Of a stretch of DNA of 64,000 nt, positions 1 to 11,186 are shown in pieces (position 1 is the stretch's first letter; every line of letters begins with the position of its first letter). Made by a program: the position numbers and the translations under genes. The notes under the pieces were generated by a model. It was not told where the DNA came from, made no database searches, and saw only the letters and a program-made list of their open reading frames with translations. The stretch is from assembly GCA_963834855.1 (NCBI GenBank), contig CAWIDH010000031.1, positions 42,779 to 106,778 on the forward strand, written 5' to 3'. This stretch comes from an uncultured Gammaproteobacteria bacterium (GTDB taxonomy: Bacteria; Pseudomonadota; Gammaproteobacteria; Steroidobacterales; Steroidobacteraceae).

Positions 1-36
1 CCGAAACGCCAGTGCCGACTTGTCACCGGGCCATGT

Positions 37-963
37 TCAGCCCGGCTTGTGCTCCTCGCCCGGGCGCGTGGGCAGGAAGACCTCGGCGAGCATGCAGCGC
101 ACCGAACCTCCTCCCGCCTGCTCGATGTGTTGCACCTCGGGCACGACGATGCGGTCCACGCAGGCGGCGAGCGCATCGAGGTCACGCGCGGCAAGACCCG
201 CCCGGGCCCGCGCCGACATCACGAGCACGCCGGCGCCGTCGGCTGCGTGCAACTCGAGCATGTTGCCCGCGAAGGATTCGAGTTGATCGAAACCGATCTC
301 GATGACGGCCTGGCCGCCCTGCGCCAGGCGAGCGAGCAGGCGCGCGCGGTCGTCGGCAGCGACCGCCTCGGCACAGACCACGGCGCAGCGCTCACCGATC
401 GCGAGCAGCACGTTGGTGTGGTAGATGGGCGTGCCGTCGCGGCCGCGCGCATCGAAGATGCATGGCTCGTAGCCGAGCTCACCGCAGAACTCACGCAGCA
501 CCGCGGGATGCGTGCGCGGCGAGGGACAGGCGTAGGCGATGCGGCCGACGTGATCCAGCACCAGGCTGCCGGTGCCCTCGAGGAAGCGATTCTCGAGCTC
601 GTGGTGCGTGAGGTCGAGGAGCCGCGAGACCGCGTAGCCGCCGCGGGCAATCAGGTCCTGCAGCAGCTCGGGCCGTCGCTCCCGCCGCCGCGTCGGCGCG
701 AGCATCGGGTACAGGACCACCGTGCCGTCGTCGTGGAAGCTCACCCAGTTGTTCGGAAACACCGCATCCGGGCAGCGTGGTTCGAGCCGGTCGTCGAGTG
801 CATGGACCGTCACGCCTGCCGCGCGCAGCGTCGCGACCATCGCGTCGAACTCCGCGACAGCCACCTGTGCGGTCGCGGGATCTTCCGGGGCCACCCGCGA
901 CTGGAAGCGGTTGCTGTCCCGCGTTTCGACGTTCCAGCCGAAAGCGGCGGGCCGGATCATCAT
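37..963 (-). CDS. amidinotransferase-superfamily hydrolase (arginine-deiminase-related / CtlX-like)
   Basis: ORF 37..1029(-). The conserved body begins at MMIRPAAFGWNVETRDSNRF (ATG at 963). The C-terminal catalytic-Cys motif GGGSVRCMLAEVF is typical of guanidino-group-modifying enzymes. Confidence 0.75.
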   Translation of the reverse strand: MMIRPAAFGWNVETRDSNRFQSRVAPEDPATAQVAVAEFDAMVATLRAAGVTVHALDDRLEPRCPDAVFPNNWVSFHDDGTVVLYPMLAPTRRRERRPELLQDLIARGGYAVSRLLDLTHHELENRFLEGTGSLVLDHVGRIAYACPSPRTHPAVLREFCGELGYEPCIFDARGRDGTPIYHTNVLLAIGERCAVVCAEAVAADDRARLLARLAQGGQAVIEIGFDQLESFAGNMLELHAADGAGVLVMSARARAGLAARDLDALAACVDRIVVPEVQHIEQAGGGSVRCMLAEVFLPTRPGEEHKPG

Positions 964-1085
964 CGCCGCCGCGGCACATTGACGTCGCTCATTTGAACGG
1001 GCGTGACCCGCATCCCTCGCCTTGCTCATGCGGTGAGTTTAACCGCGATACAATCGCCCATTCGCCCCGAGCTGACCCACGATCA

Positions 1086-2318
1086 ATGACAACGATAATG
1101 AGCCTGGTCGGCATCGTCACGCTGTTCGGCCTGGCGCTGCTCCTGTCCGAGAATCGCAGACATCTCAACTTCCGCACGCTCGGAACGGCCTTCGCCCTCC
1201 AGGTCGCGATCGCGGCACTGATCCTCTACGTGCCGCGTGGCGACCTCGTGCTCAACGGGCTGGTGCAGGGCGTGCAGAACGTGATCGATTACGCGAACGT
1301 CGGCATCAAGTTCCTGTTCGGACCGCTCGGGGAGAAGAAGGAAGGCGTGCTGATCTTCGCGATCCACGTGCTGCCGGTGATCGTGTTCTTCGCCTCGCTG
1401 ATGGCGACGCTCTATTACCTCGGCATCATGCAGAAAGTCGTGTCGTTCCTGGGCGGGCTGCTGCACCGACTGCTGCAGACCAGCCGCACCGAGTCGATGT
1501 CGGCGGTGTCGAACATCTTCATGGGCCACACCGAGGCGCCGCTGGTCGTGCGGCCCTACCTCGCCGGGACGACGAACTCGGAGCTGTTCGCGATCATGAC
1601 GGTGGGCATGGCAACCATCGCAGGCGCGGTCATGGCCGGCTTCGCGGCGATGGGCGTGAGCCTCAAGTACCTGATCACGGCGAGCTTCATGGGCGCGCCG
1701 GGCGGACTCCTGATGGCGAAGATCATCGTGCCGGAGACGGACTACCGCGACCCGAAGCTCGATCACGCCCAGTACAGCGAGGATGCGAAGCCGGTCAACA
1801 TCTTCGAGGCCGCGGCCAACGGCGCGCGCGACGGACTGATGCTCGCGCTCAACATCGGTGCGATGCTGCTCGCCTTCATCGCGCTGATTGCGCTCGTGAA
1901 CGGCATGATCGGCGGCATTGGCGGCCTCTTCGGGCTCGAGGACCTGACGTTCCAGAAGATCCTGGGTTACGTGCTCGCGCCGCTCGCCTTCGTACTCGGC
2001 GTGCCGTGGAGCGAAGCGGTCGCGGCCGGCAGCCTGATCGGGCAGAAGTTCGTCGTCAACGAGTTCGTCGCTTATGTGAACTTCGTCGACATCCGCTCGC
2101 AGCTTTCGAACCACACCCAGGTCGTGATGACCTTCGCGCTCTGCGGGTTCGCGAACCTGTCGTCGATCGCGATGATGCTGGGCGGTCTCGGCAGCCTGGT
2201 GCCCCAGCGCCGCTCCGACATCGCGCGGATGGGCCTCAAGGCCGTCGTGGCCGGCACGCTCGCGAGCCTGATGAGCGGGACGCTGGCGGGTCTGTTCGTG
2301 TCGCTGCAGGCGCCCTGA
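1086..2318 (+). CDS. nupC: NupC/CNT-family nucleoside transporter
   Basis: In-frame ATG at 1086 inside ORF 777..2318 (MTTIMSLVGIVTLFGLALLLSENRR). Polytopic membrane protein with the NupC-like blocks FIFGP-like FLFGPLG and NEFVAY. Confidence 0.85.
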   Translation: MTTIMSLVGIVTLFGLALLLSENRRHLNFRTLGTAFALQVAIAALILYVPRGDLVLNGLVQGVQNVIDYANVGIKFLFGPLGEKKEGVLIFAIHVLPVIVFFASLMATLYYLGIMQKVVSFLGGLLHRLLQTSRTESMSAVSNIFMGHTEAPLVVRPYLAGTTNSELFAIMTVGMATIAGAVMAGFAAMGVSLKYLITASFMGAPGGLLMAKIIVPETDYRDPKLDHAQYSEDAKPVNIFEAAANGARDGLMLALNIGAMLLAFIALIALVNGMIGGIGGLFGLEDLTFQKILGYVLAPLAFVLGVPWSEAVAAGSLIGQKFVVNEFVAYVNFVDIRSQLSNHTQVVMTFALCGFANLSSIAMMLGGLGSLVPQRRSDIARMGLKAVVAGTLASLMSGTLAGLFVSLQAP

Positions 2319-2336
2319 GCCACGGGAGGGCAGACC

Positions 2337-3537
2337 ATGACGCGCGCCGTGATCCTCGTGCTCGACTCCTTCGGCATCGGCGCCGCCGCCGACGCGGGTC
2401 ATTTCGGCGACGTGGGCGCCGACACCCTGGGCCACATCGCCGAACGGCGCGCACGCGCCGGCCGGCCGCTCAAGCTCCCGAACCTCGCGCGGCTGGGCCT
2501 GCTGCACGCCGCGAGAGAGAGCAGCGGGCGCTTTCCCGAGGGCTGCGACACGGCGGTCACCATCACGGGCGCGTACGGCTATGCAGCGGAAATCAGCACC
2601 GGCAAGGACACGCCGAGCGGTCACTGGGAAATGGCCGGCGTACCGGTGCTCTACGAGTGGGGCTATTTCCGCGGCGAGCGGAACACCTTCCCGGAGCCGC
2701 TGCTCGCGAAGCTGATCGAGCGCGGCCGGCTGCCGGGGGTGCTCGGCAACTGTCACGCCTCGGGGACGGAGATCATCGAGCGGCTGGGCGAGGAGCACGT
2801 GCGGACGGGCAAGCCCATCGTCTACACCTCGGCCGACAGCGTCTTCCAGATCGCGGCCCACGAGGAAGCCTTCGGCCTCGAACGACTGCTCGATCTGTGC
2901 CTGGTCGCGCGCGAGCTGGTCGACGAGTACCGCATCGGCCGCGTGATCGCGCGGCCGTTCGTGGGGAGCGAGCGCGCGCGACTTCGTGCGGACCGGCAAC
3001 CGCCGCGACTACGCGGTGCCGCCGCCGGCGCCGACCGTGCTCGACAAGCTGGTCGAGGCCGGCGGCGAAGTGATCGGCATCGGCAAGATCCCGGACATCT
3101 TCGCGCACCAGGGCATCAGCCGCGCGATCAAGGCCACGGGGAACGCGGCCCTGTTCGACGCGACGCTGGCAGTGCTCGACACCGCGCCGGATCGAGCAAT
3201 GGTGTTCAGCAACTTCGTCGATTTCGACATGCTTTACGGCCACCGCCGGGACGTCGACGGCTACGCCACGGCGCTCGAGTATTTCGACTCCCGGATGCCG
3301 GAGCTCGTTGCCCGGCTCGGCGCGGACGACATCGCCATACTGAGCGCCGATCACGGCTGCGACCCGACCTGGCCCGGCAGCGACCACACGCGCGAGTACG
3401 TGCCGGTGCTCGCCTGCGGTCCGGGCGTGCCCGCAGGATCGATCGGCCGGCGCTCGACCATTGCCGACATCGGGCAGAGCCTCGCCACGCATTTCGGGCT
3501 GCCGGCGATGGGCTATGGGACCAGCTTCCTGCAGTGA
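2337..3537 (+). pseudogene. deoB: phosphopentomutase, one frame break near 2970-2985
   Basis: The N-terminal half is in ORF 2337..3605 ([16 protein letters not shown] ... [14 protein letters not shown] ... [10 protein letters not shown]). The C-terminal half is in ORF 2986..3537 ([13 protein letters not shown] ... [10 protein letters not shown] ... HTREYVPVL). The switch lies inside a gcgcgcgcg run. Confidence 0.85.
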
Positions 3538-3784
3538 TCGGCGGGTTCCGACTCTGCCACCGCGGGGGCGCCGGCATCGTTGGTTTTCATGGCCGCCTCC
3601 TTTGAAGCTTCACCTACGTCGCGGGTGCCTCAGCGTCACGACGGACAGCACGCGATCAACGTCGCCAAGCTCCCGCTAGGGCTTCCAGCTTCGGAAGTAC
3701 AGGAACCACTGAACGTACTCGGGCGTGACGCGCGTGGCGCAATAGGGCCGCGGAGCGGCAGCGAGGCGCCACGTCCAACCAGAG

Positions 3785-4090
3785 GTGGCACGTTCCCGCG
3801 GAAACGTTTTCGGAACAATTCTCATTCGCTCGGCCATGCGGGGCCGGCGCGACGAGGCTCGTGCCCTCCTGCAAGAGCTGCTCTCCCGCAAACAGCATGT
3901 CTCGCCGTTCTTCATCGCAGTGGCGTACACCGGCCTCGGAGAATCGACGGCGGCGATCGACTGGCTTGAACGGGCGTACGCGGACCGGGACTGGCTGCTC
4001 TGCGTGCTCAAGACCGACCCGATCTTCGATCCACTGCGCGGCGACGCGCGCTTTCAGGACCTGGTGCGGCGCATGAACTTTCCCACCTGA
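3785..4090 (+). pseudogene. C-terminal remnant of a TPR-repeat protein
   Basis: A 101-aa ORF carrying only a terminal TPR-like tail (AIDWLERAYADRDWLLCVLKTDPIFDPLRGDARFQDLVRRMNFP). No upstream body in any frame. It resembles the C-terminal end style of the TPR protein at 40750..42747. Confidence 0.4.
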
Positions 4091-4097
4091 ATGCTCT

Positions 4098-5559
4098 CTA
4101 CGGCGAAGCGACGCCCTGCTCCACAACGGAGGCGCGGATCTTCGCGGCCAGCGTCGCAGCCTCCGACTTCACGCGCACGACATCGACCGTCAGCACTTCG
4201 CCCTCGCGCATGAGGACCTTGCCGTCCACGACGACGGTTACGACGTCCTGCTCGTCTGCGACGTAGACCAGGTGCGAAATCAGGTCGTAGAGCGGCGTGA
4301 AGTGCAGGTCGTCGAGCGAGACCTGGATGAGGTCTGCCCGTCGCCCGACGGTCAATGAGCCGATCTGGTCACCGAGCCCGATCGCCCTGGCACCCTCGGC
4401 GGTCGCCATCCTGAGCGCCGTCTTTGCCGGCACGACCTGCGGATCCATCGTCGAGACCTTCTGCAGGAAGGCGGCGAGACGCATCTCCTCCCACAGATCG
4501 AGGTCGTTGTTGGTCGCCGCCCCATCCGTGCCCAGCCCCACCGCGACACCCGCCTCGAGCAGCTTCGTGATGGGCGCGACTCCCGAGGAGATCTTCATGT
4601 TCGAGGTCGGGTTGTGGATGGCCCCGACCTTGCGCCGCGCGAGGATCGGGATTTCCTCGTCCGTCGGATAGATGACGTGCGCGCCGATGGTCGGCCCGTC
4701 GAGAAACCCGATGTCCTCGAGCAGGTCGATCGGCGTCGTCGAATAGTTCTTCCGGGCGTAGTCGATCTCGAAGCGTGACTCGCAGAGGTGGATGCTGACG
4801 GGTACCCCCAGCTCGCGCGCCTTCGCGCGCACGGCCGTGAGCTGCGCCGGTTTCAGCGTGTAGACCGAGTGCGGGCCGATGACCGGGATGATCCGGTTGT
4901 TGCGGCCCTTCCAACGCGCGGCGAACTCCGCCGCGACCCGCAGTGAATCGGCGGCGTCGGCCGCATCCGGACTCTTCTGGTCGATGACCGTCGGCGCCAC
5001 CAGCGCGCGCAGCCCGCAGCGCTCGACCGCCTGCGCCACGGCGTCGGGGTAGTAGTACATGTCGACGAAAGTCGTCGTCCCGCCGCGGATCATCTCCCAG
5101 CAGGCGAGCTCGGTGCCGATCCGCACGAACTCCGCGTCGACGAAGCGCACCTCGGTCGGGAAGATGTAGTTCGCGCAGCCAGTCCATCAGCTCGCGGTCG
5201 TCCGCGATGCCGCGCATCAGGGTCATGGCGGAATGCGCATGCCCGTTGATCAAGCCGGGCATGACGACCCGCCCGTCGCCGGGCAGGGTCTCGCCGGCAC
5301 GATAGCGGGAGCCGATTTCGTCACGAGGACCGACAGCGACGATCCGGCCGTCGTCGACGACGACGGCGCCTGCCTCGAGGACCGGCTGGTCACCGTCCAT
5401 GGTAACCACGTGGTCGCCGAACACGATCAGGTCGGCGGGGATCCGGTCATCCGCCGGTTGCGCCGCGCAGCCGCTCGCGACGGCGATCGCGAGCGCTGTG
5501 AGCGCCGGGCACACGATCCGGCACGCGGTCGGGCGTGCCCTCCCCGGCCGGCCCATCAC
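4098..5559 (-). pseudogene. secreted/lipoprotein amidohydrolase (MTA/SAH- or guanine-deaminase-like metallo-hydrolase), one frame break near 5170
   Basis: The N-terminus is in ORF 4369..5559 (lipobox AIAVASGC; PGLINGHAHSAMT metal-binding HxH). The rest is in ORF 4098..5150 (EMIRGGTTTFVDMYY ... SIHLCES ... GLGTDGAATNNDLD). Confidence 0.8.
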
Positions 5560-5566
5560 CGGCGGC

Positions 5567-7862
5567 TCAGTCGAACCGCGCCCTGAACGACACGCCGATG
5601 ATGCGCGGATCGTTGTCGAAGCCCGTCAGGTTGTTGAAGTCGATGGCACCCTTGACGTTCTCTTCGTCGGTGATGTTGCGGCCGAACACCGCGAACTCGT
5701 ACTGGCCGTCGTTCATCGAGTAGCCGATGCGCAGGCCGCCCTCGTAGGTGTCGCTGCTCTTGAACTCCGTGGCCTCGTAGATGAAGAAATTCGTGTCGCC
5801 CTGGAAGGCCCAGTCCGTGAACACGAAGAACTCGCCGGCGTCGCCCACCGGCAGGCCGTAACGCGCGGTGACGGTCGCGATGTACTCCGGCGCCTGCGGG
5901 AAGGGGTTGCCGTCGATGATCGCCCGGCCGTTTCCGTCGAGCGGGTCGAGCACCGTGCAAAGCCCCGAACCGCAGGGGACTACCACCAGCTGGCTGTCCT
6001 CGATCTCCGTGTCGTTGTAGCTGAAGCCTGCCGTCAGCAGCAGCCGGTCGGTGACGAGGAACTCGCCGTCCAGGTCGAAGCCGACGCCGGTGCCCTGGTC
6101 GGCGTTTAGTACCTGGTTCAGGTTGCCGGCGCCACCAATTGCCGAGAGCTGCATGTCCTTGACCTCGTAGTAGAACACGGAGCCGTTCAGCCGCACGCGG
6201 TTGTCCGCGAGGAAGGACTTGAAGCCGGCCTCGATCGAATCGATGGTCTCGGAGTCGGCGATGGACGGCTCGAGCGAAGAACGCGACGTCCCGGCCCTGG
6301 ATGGTCGGCGCGCGGAAGCCGCGCGCGTACCGACCGTAGACGCTGGAACGTCGTCACTCACCCGAAAGAGCAGCGCTGATGTCGCCGCTCACCTGCTCGT
6401 CGGAGACGTTCTGCGGCGTGATCGGGAACAGCGGCGGCTTGGTGGCCGTCATGTCCTTGTCGTCGTCCGTGTAGCGCAGTCCGCCCGAGATCGTCACCGC
6501 ATCGGACACGTCGTAACTCACGTGCCCGAACACCGCCCACGCGGTGTTCTCATGCGTGACGGTAGTCGGCGTAAACAGGTCGTTCGGATCCGGTGTCAGG
6601 AAGTTCCCAATGAACGTGTTTGTCGTCACGGAGAACTTGGAATCGAAGTAGTAGACGCCCGCCTGCCAGAAGAGCTGCTCGGTCGCCTGCGATGCGATGC
6701 GTATCTCCTGCGTGAACTGGTCCAGGTCGTCGATGCTGTCCTGGCTGGTTGCAGGGAACAGTATGCATTGATCACCCGGCTGGCTGCCCGGCGGGCAGGG
6801 CCCGACGAACGGAGGAAATCGGCGCCGAAGCCGCCGTCGATGTCGCCGAGGCTCTGCTCTCGGTGTTCTCGTAGGCGGTGATCGAGGTCAGCGTCGTGTC
6901 GCCGTCGAAGTCGTAGTCAAGGCGCAGCGATCCGCCGAGGCCCTCGGCGGACTGCGGGTTGTTGCGGACTTGACCGTCCCAGTCGTAGGAGACGGAGTCG
7001 CGGTCGTAGTTCGAGTTGAAGCCGTCGCTGCCCGGGCCCAGGACGTTGGCGCGGAAGATCGACGCGGTGCCGTCGATGTCGCGGCCATGGACGTTGAGGA
7101 GCGCGCTGAATGACTCCGTCGGCTCGAGCAGGAGCTGTCCCCGCCAGGCGAACTCGTCGAAGCTGCCCATGGCGTCGCTCTCGGCCGGTGAAGGTGTTGT
7201 CGATCCAGTCGCCACGCGACTGGTAGAGCACCGCCAGTCGGCGCCGAGATCGTGTCGGACAGGCCCGCCGCCGATCGCGCCCTGGACGTTCGTCGTATCG
7301 AGCTCGCCATAGCTCAGGGCCACGTCGGCATCGAAGTCCTGGCTGGGCTTCTTCGTGTCGAACTTGACGATGCCTGCCGGGGTGTTGCGCCCGAACAGCG
7401 TGCCCTGCGGCCCGCGCAGCACCTCGACCCGCTCGATGTCGAAGAGCGGCGAGCTCTTCAGGATCACGTTCTCGAGGACGACCTCGTCGACGATGACCGA
7501 CACCGGCTGCGACGCGGCAAGGTCGAAGTCGGTGTTGCCGAGGCCGCGGATGTAGAACCGCGGCGCCAGGCGGCCGTTCGACGACTCGGCATAGAGGCTC
7601 GGAACCCGCGTCGCGAGCGCGCGTATGTCCTCGCCGCCCTCGAACAGCGCGTCCATCCGCGCGCCCTCGAGCGCCGTTACGGAGATCGGCACCTCCATCG
7701 AGTTCTCCGCGCGACGCTCGCGGTGACGATGACTTCCTCGAGCTGGCCCGCCTCCTGCGCCAGTGCGGTGCCGGTGCCGGCCGCGAGCGCGGCTGCTGCG
7801 AGCGTCTGCGCGCAGGCGCGCGCCAACGGCCGAATCGAAACGGTCTTCGGTGCCAAGGTCAT
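5567..7862 (-). pseudogene. TonB-dependent receptor, about 5 frame breaks (near 7710, 6855, 6795, 6355, 6285)
   Basis: Pieces are 7677..7862 (signal peptide, EEVIVTA), 6772..7698 (plug and barrel), 6354..6629 and 5567..6361. The YGRYARGFRAP motif is only visible in a third frame near 6300. Confidence 0.8.
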
Positions 7863-8051
7863 CTCCCCCCGTCAGGCTGTTTGTGGAGTTGCGCGCGGAT
7901 CGCGCGTCGCGAATGTGGCGGCGAGTATAGGCGGTCCTCGCGGGCCGAATCCAGAACGTGCCACGAAGGGGTCCGCCGTCAGGGCCGTCCAGCGTCCCGA
8001 TTCATCGGGTCGGCCATCGTGTGTAGAATCGACGACCCGCGCCAGTGATCC

Positions 8052-8765
8052 ATGGCAACCAAGCACATCAACGCCCAGCCGGGCGATTTCGCCGAGACCG
8101 TCCTGATGCCCGGCGACCCGCTGCGGGCCCAGCACATCGCCGAGCACTATCTCGAGGATGCCCGGCGCGTGAACGACGTGCGCAACATGTGGGGCTACAC
8201 CGGCCGCTACCGGGGTAAGCCGTGCTCGGTGATGGCCTCGGGCATGGGCATACCGTCCGCGTCGATCTACTGCCACGAGCTCTTCGCGGAATACGGGGTC
8301 AAGCGCATCATCCGCGTCGGCAGCTGCGGCTCCGTTCATCCCGCGGTCAAGTTGCGCGACATCGTGATCGCGATGGGCGCCTCGACCGACTCCGGCGTCA
8401 ACCGGATGCGCTTCCGCGGCTATGATTTCGCAGCAATCGCGAGCTTCGCCCTGCTGCGCGCGGCGGTTCGGCTCGCCGAAAAGGGCGGGCTCAGTTTTCA
8501 CGTGGGCAACGTATTCTCGGCGGATCTCTTCTACACACCCGAGCCGGAAATGTTCGACGTCATGCGCAAGTACGGCATCGTCGGAGTGGAGATGGAGGCC
8601 GCCGGCATCTACGGCGTGGCGGCGGAGTTCGGCGCCGAGGCACTCGCGATCTGCACGGTGAGCGACGACATCCCGGGCGGCGCGGCGCTGAGCGCGGCCG
8701 AGCGGCAGACGAGCTTCGACCAGATGATCCGCCTCGGCCTCGACACGGCGGTCGGCGCCTCATGA
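8052..8765 (+). CDS. deoD: purine nucleoside phosphorylase, DeoD type
   Basis: [27 protein letters not shown] ... [10 protein letters not shown] ... VGSCGS ... [10 protein letters not shown]. Full length, 237 aa. Confidence 0.92.
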   Translation: MATKHINAQPGDFAETVLMPGDPLRAQHIAEHYLEDARRVNDVRNMWGYTGRYRGKPCSVMASGMGIPSASIYCHELFAEYGVKRIIRVGSCGSVHPAVKLRDIVIAMGASTDSGVNRMRFRGYDFAAIASFALLRAAVRLAEKGGLSFHVGNVFSADLFYTPEPEMFDVMRKYGIVGVEMEAAGIYGVAAEFGAEALAICTVSDDIPGGAALSAAERQTSFDQMIRLGLDTAVGAS

Positions 8766-8787
8766 GCCGCGGGCAGGAAAGCAGGTG

Positions 8788-9714
8788 ATGAGCACCGCCA
8801 TCGAAACTCTCGCTCCGCGGCTTCCGGCGCTCGACCGCGTCACGCGCGTCGACCAGGTCGGCGTCGAGGAGCGGGTCGCGCGCTTCTGCACCCGCAGCAT
8901 CAAGAAGGAATCGAAGGTCCACGCGCTCAAGCTCGCGCTCAGCATGATCGACCTGACGACGCTCGAGGGCCAGGACACGCCCGGCAAGGTGACGCAGCTC
9001 TGCCGCAAGGCGGCGCATCTGCACGATGCGCTGCCCGGGCTGCCGCACGTAGCGGCCGTGTGCGTCTACCCGACGATGGTCGGCGTGGCGCGCAAGGCGC
9101 TCGCCGGCCACGACATCAAGGTCGCCTCGGTCGCCACCGCATTCCCGAGCGGCATGGCGCCGCTCGAAATCAAGCTCGAGGAGACGCGGATCGCGGTCGA
9201 GGAAGGCGCCGACGAGATCGACATGGTGATCGCGCGCGGCGCGTTCCTGCAGGGCGATTACCAGCGCGTGTTCGACGAGATCGTGGCGGTCAAGGACGCC
9301 TGCGGCGCCGCGCATCTCAAGGTAATCCTCGAGACCGGCGAGCTCGGCACGCTCGACCGCGTGCGGCGCGCAAGCGTGCTCGCGATCCACGCCGGCGCTG
9401 ATTTCATCAAGACCTCGACAGGCAAGATCCAGCCCGCGGCGACGATGCCCGTCACGCTGGTGATGCTGCAGGCCATCCGCGACCACTTCCGCGCGACCGG
9501 CCGCATGGTCGGCATGAAGCCCGCCGGCGGCATCGCGAAGGCCAAGCAGGCGATCCACTACCTCGTCATGTTGCGCGAAACGCTGGGCGAAGCCTGGCTC
9601 ACGCCGGACTGGTTCCGGTTCGGCGCCAGCAGCCTCGCGAACGACCTGCTCATGCAGCTCGAGAAGCAGCGCACGGGCGTATACCAGTCGGGCGACTACT
9701 TCTCGAGGGACTGA
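8788..9714 (+). CDS. deoC: deoxyribose-phosphate aldolase (long form)
   Basis: ORF 8785..9714 with ATG at 8788. Motifs IDLTTLEG, VCVYP, IDMVI, and FIKTSTGK with the Schiff-base Lys. Confidence 0.88.
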   Translation: MSTAIETLAPRLPALDRVTRVDQVGVEERVARFCTRSIKKESKVHALKLALSMIDLTTLEGQDTPGKVTQLCRKAAHLHDALPGLPHVAAVCVYPTMVGVARKALAGHDIKVASVATAFPSGMAPLEIKLEETRIAVEEGADEIDMVIARGAFLQGDYQRVFDEIVAVKDACGAAHLKVILETGELGTLDRVRRASVLAIHAGADFIKTSTGKIQPAATMPVTLVMLQAIRDHFRATGRMVGMKPAGGIAKAKQAIHYLVMLRETLGEAWLTPDWFRFGASSLANDLLMQLEKQRTGVYQSGDYFSRD

Positions 9715-9716
9715 CG

Positions 9717-11186
9717 ATGGCGCGACCGGACACGAAGCTCAGGTTCGACACGGGCTGGCAGTACTCGCCGGCTCCCGAGAGCACCGATCACGTGCGGATC
9801 GATCCGCAGTACGAGCTCTTCATCGGCGGCGAGTTCGTGGCACCGCGCAAGAAGCAGTATTTCGAGACCATCAACCCGGCGCGCGCGCAGATGCTCGCGC
9901 GCGTCGCACGCGCGGACGCCGGTGACGTCGACCGGGCTGTCAAGGCCGCACGACACGCATACCAGCGCACCTGGTCCAGGACCCGGCCGGCCGAGCGCGG
10001 CAAGTACCTGTACCGCATCGCGCGCGCGCTGCAGGAGCGCTCGCGCGAATTCGCCGTAGTCGAGTCGCTCGACGGCGGCAAGCCGATCCGCGAATCGCGC
10101 GACGTCGACGTGCCGCTGGCGGCCGCGCACTTCTTCTACTACGCGGGTTGGGCCGACAAGCTCGACTATGCGTTCCCGGGCCGGCGCGCCGTGCCGCTCG
10201 GCGTCGCGGGCCAGATCATCCCGTGGAACTTCCCGCTGCTGATGGCCGCCTGGAAGATCGCCCCGGCGCTCGCCTGCGGCAACACGGTCGTGCTCAAGCC
10301 CGCGGAGACGACTCCGCTCACGGCGCTGAAGCTCGCGGAGCTGATGCGCGACGTCGACCTGCCGCCCGGCGTGGTGAACATCATCACCGGCGCCGGTGAC
10401 ACCGGCGCCGCGCTCGTCGAGCACGGGGACGTCGACAAGATCGCGTTCACCGGGTCGACCGAGGTCGGCCGCCTGATACAACGCAAGCTCGCCGGCACCG
10501 CCAAGCACTACACGCTCGAGCTCGGCGGCAAGGCCGCAAACATCATCTTCGCGGATGCGGCGCTCGACCAGGCTGTCGAGGGTATCGTCGACGGCATCTT
10601 CTTCAACCAGGGTCATGTCTGCTGCGCCGGGTCCCGCCTGCTGGTGCAGGAATCCGTGGCCGACGAGGTGATTGCCAAGCTCAAGGACCGCATGGAGACG
10701 CTGATCGTCGGCGATCCCATCGACAAGAACACCGACATCGGCGCGATCAACTCCGCGGCGCAGCTCGCGAGGATCGAGGACTATCTGGCGCTGGGGCAGG
10801 CCGAGGGCGGCGAGATGCACCAGAGCTCGGCGAGCCTGCCCGGAACGGGCTACTGGTGCCGGCCGACGCTCTTCACCGGGGTGTCGCAGTCGAGCCGCGT
10901 CGTACAGGAGGAGATCTTCGGACCAGTGCTGGCCATCCAGACGTTCCGGACGTTCCAGGAGGCGCTCGACAAGGCCAACAACACGCCCTACGGGCTGTCG
11001 GGCGGCGTGTGGACGGACAAGGGTGCGAAGATCTTCCGGATGACCCGCGCCATCCGCGCCGGGGTCGTCTGGGCCAACACCTTCAACAAGTTCGATCCGA
11101 CCGCGCCCTTCGGCGGCTACAAGGAAAGCGGTATGGGCCGCGAGGGTGGCCTGCACGGCCTCGATGCCTACGTGAGGCTGGTCTGA
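9717..11186 (+). CDS. NAD(P)-dependent aldehyde dehydrogenase
   Basis: 489 aa. IPWNFPLLMAAWK, FTGSTEVG, ELGGKA, and the catalytic-Cys block FFNQGHVCCAGSR. Confidence 0.92.
   Translation: MARPDTKLRFDTGWQYSPAPESTDHVRIDPQYELFIGGEFVAPRKKQYFETINPARAQMLARVARADAGDVDRAVKAARHAYQRTWSRTRPAERGKYLYRIARALQERSREFAVVESLDGGKPIRESRDVDVPLAAAHFFYYAGWADKLDYAFPGRRAVPLGVAGQIIPWNFPLLMAAWKIAPALACGNTVVLKPAETTPLTALKLAELMRDVDLPPGVVNIITGAGDTGAALVEHGDVDKIAFTGSTEVGRLIQRKLAGTAKHYTLELGGKAANIIFADAALDQAVEGIVDGIFFNQGHVCCAGSRLLVQESVADEVIAKLKDRMETLIVGDPIDKNTDIGAINSAAQLARIEDYLALGQAEGGEMHQSSASLPGTGYWCRPTLFTGVSQSSRVVQEEIFGPVLAIQTFRTFQEALDKANNTPYGLSGGVWTDKGAKIFRMTRAIRAGVVWANTFNKFDPTAPFGGYKESGMGREGGLHGLDAYVRLV

Noticed and set aside
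1083-2999. A 638-aa minus-strand ORF, with similar long antisense ORFs at 9696..11243, 16449..18080, 17930..19180, 31580..32668, 37131..38234, 56069..57424, 56268..57632 and 60012..61472.
   Set aside because: These are Arg/Ala/Pro/His/Gly-rich shadow frames opposite well-supported genes (nupC/deoB, ALDH, CrtI-like, CN-hydrolase, MDR, aminotransferases, OCD). High-GC DNA lacks stops on the antisense strand. I recognised no motifs in them.
7863-8051. A possible sigma-70 promoter for deoD (TTCATC at 8001..8006, 17-nt spacer, TAGAAT at 8024..8029).
   Set aside because: It is plausible, but it rests on hexamer resemblance alone in a 190-nt divergent region. That is not strong enough to list as a feature.
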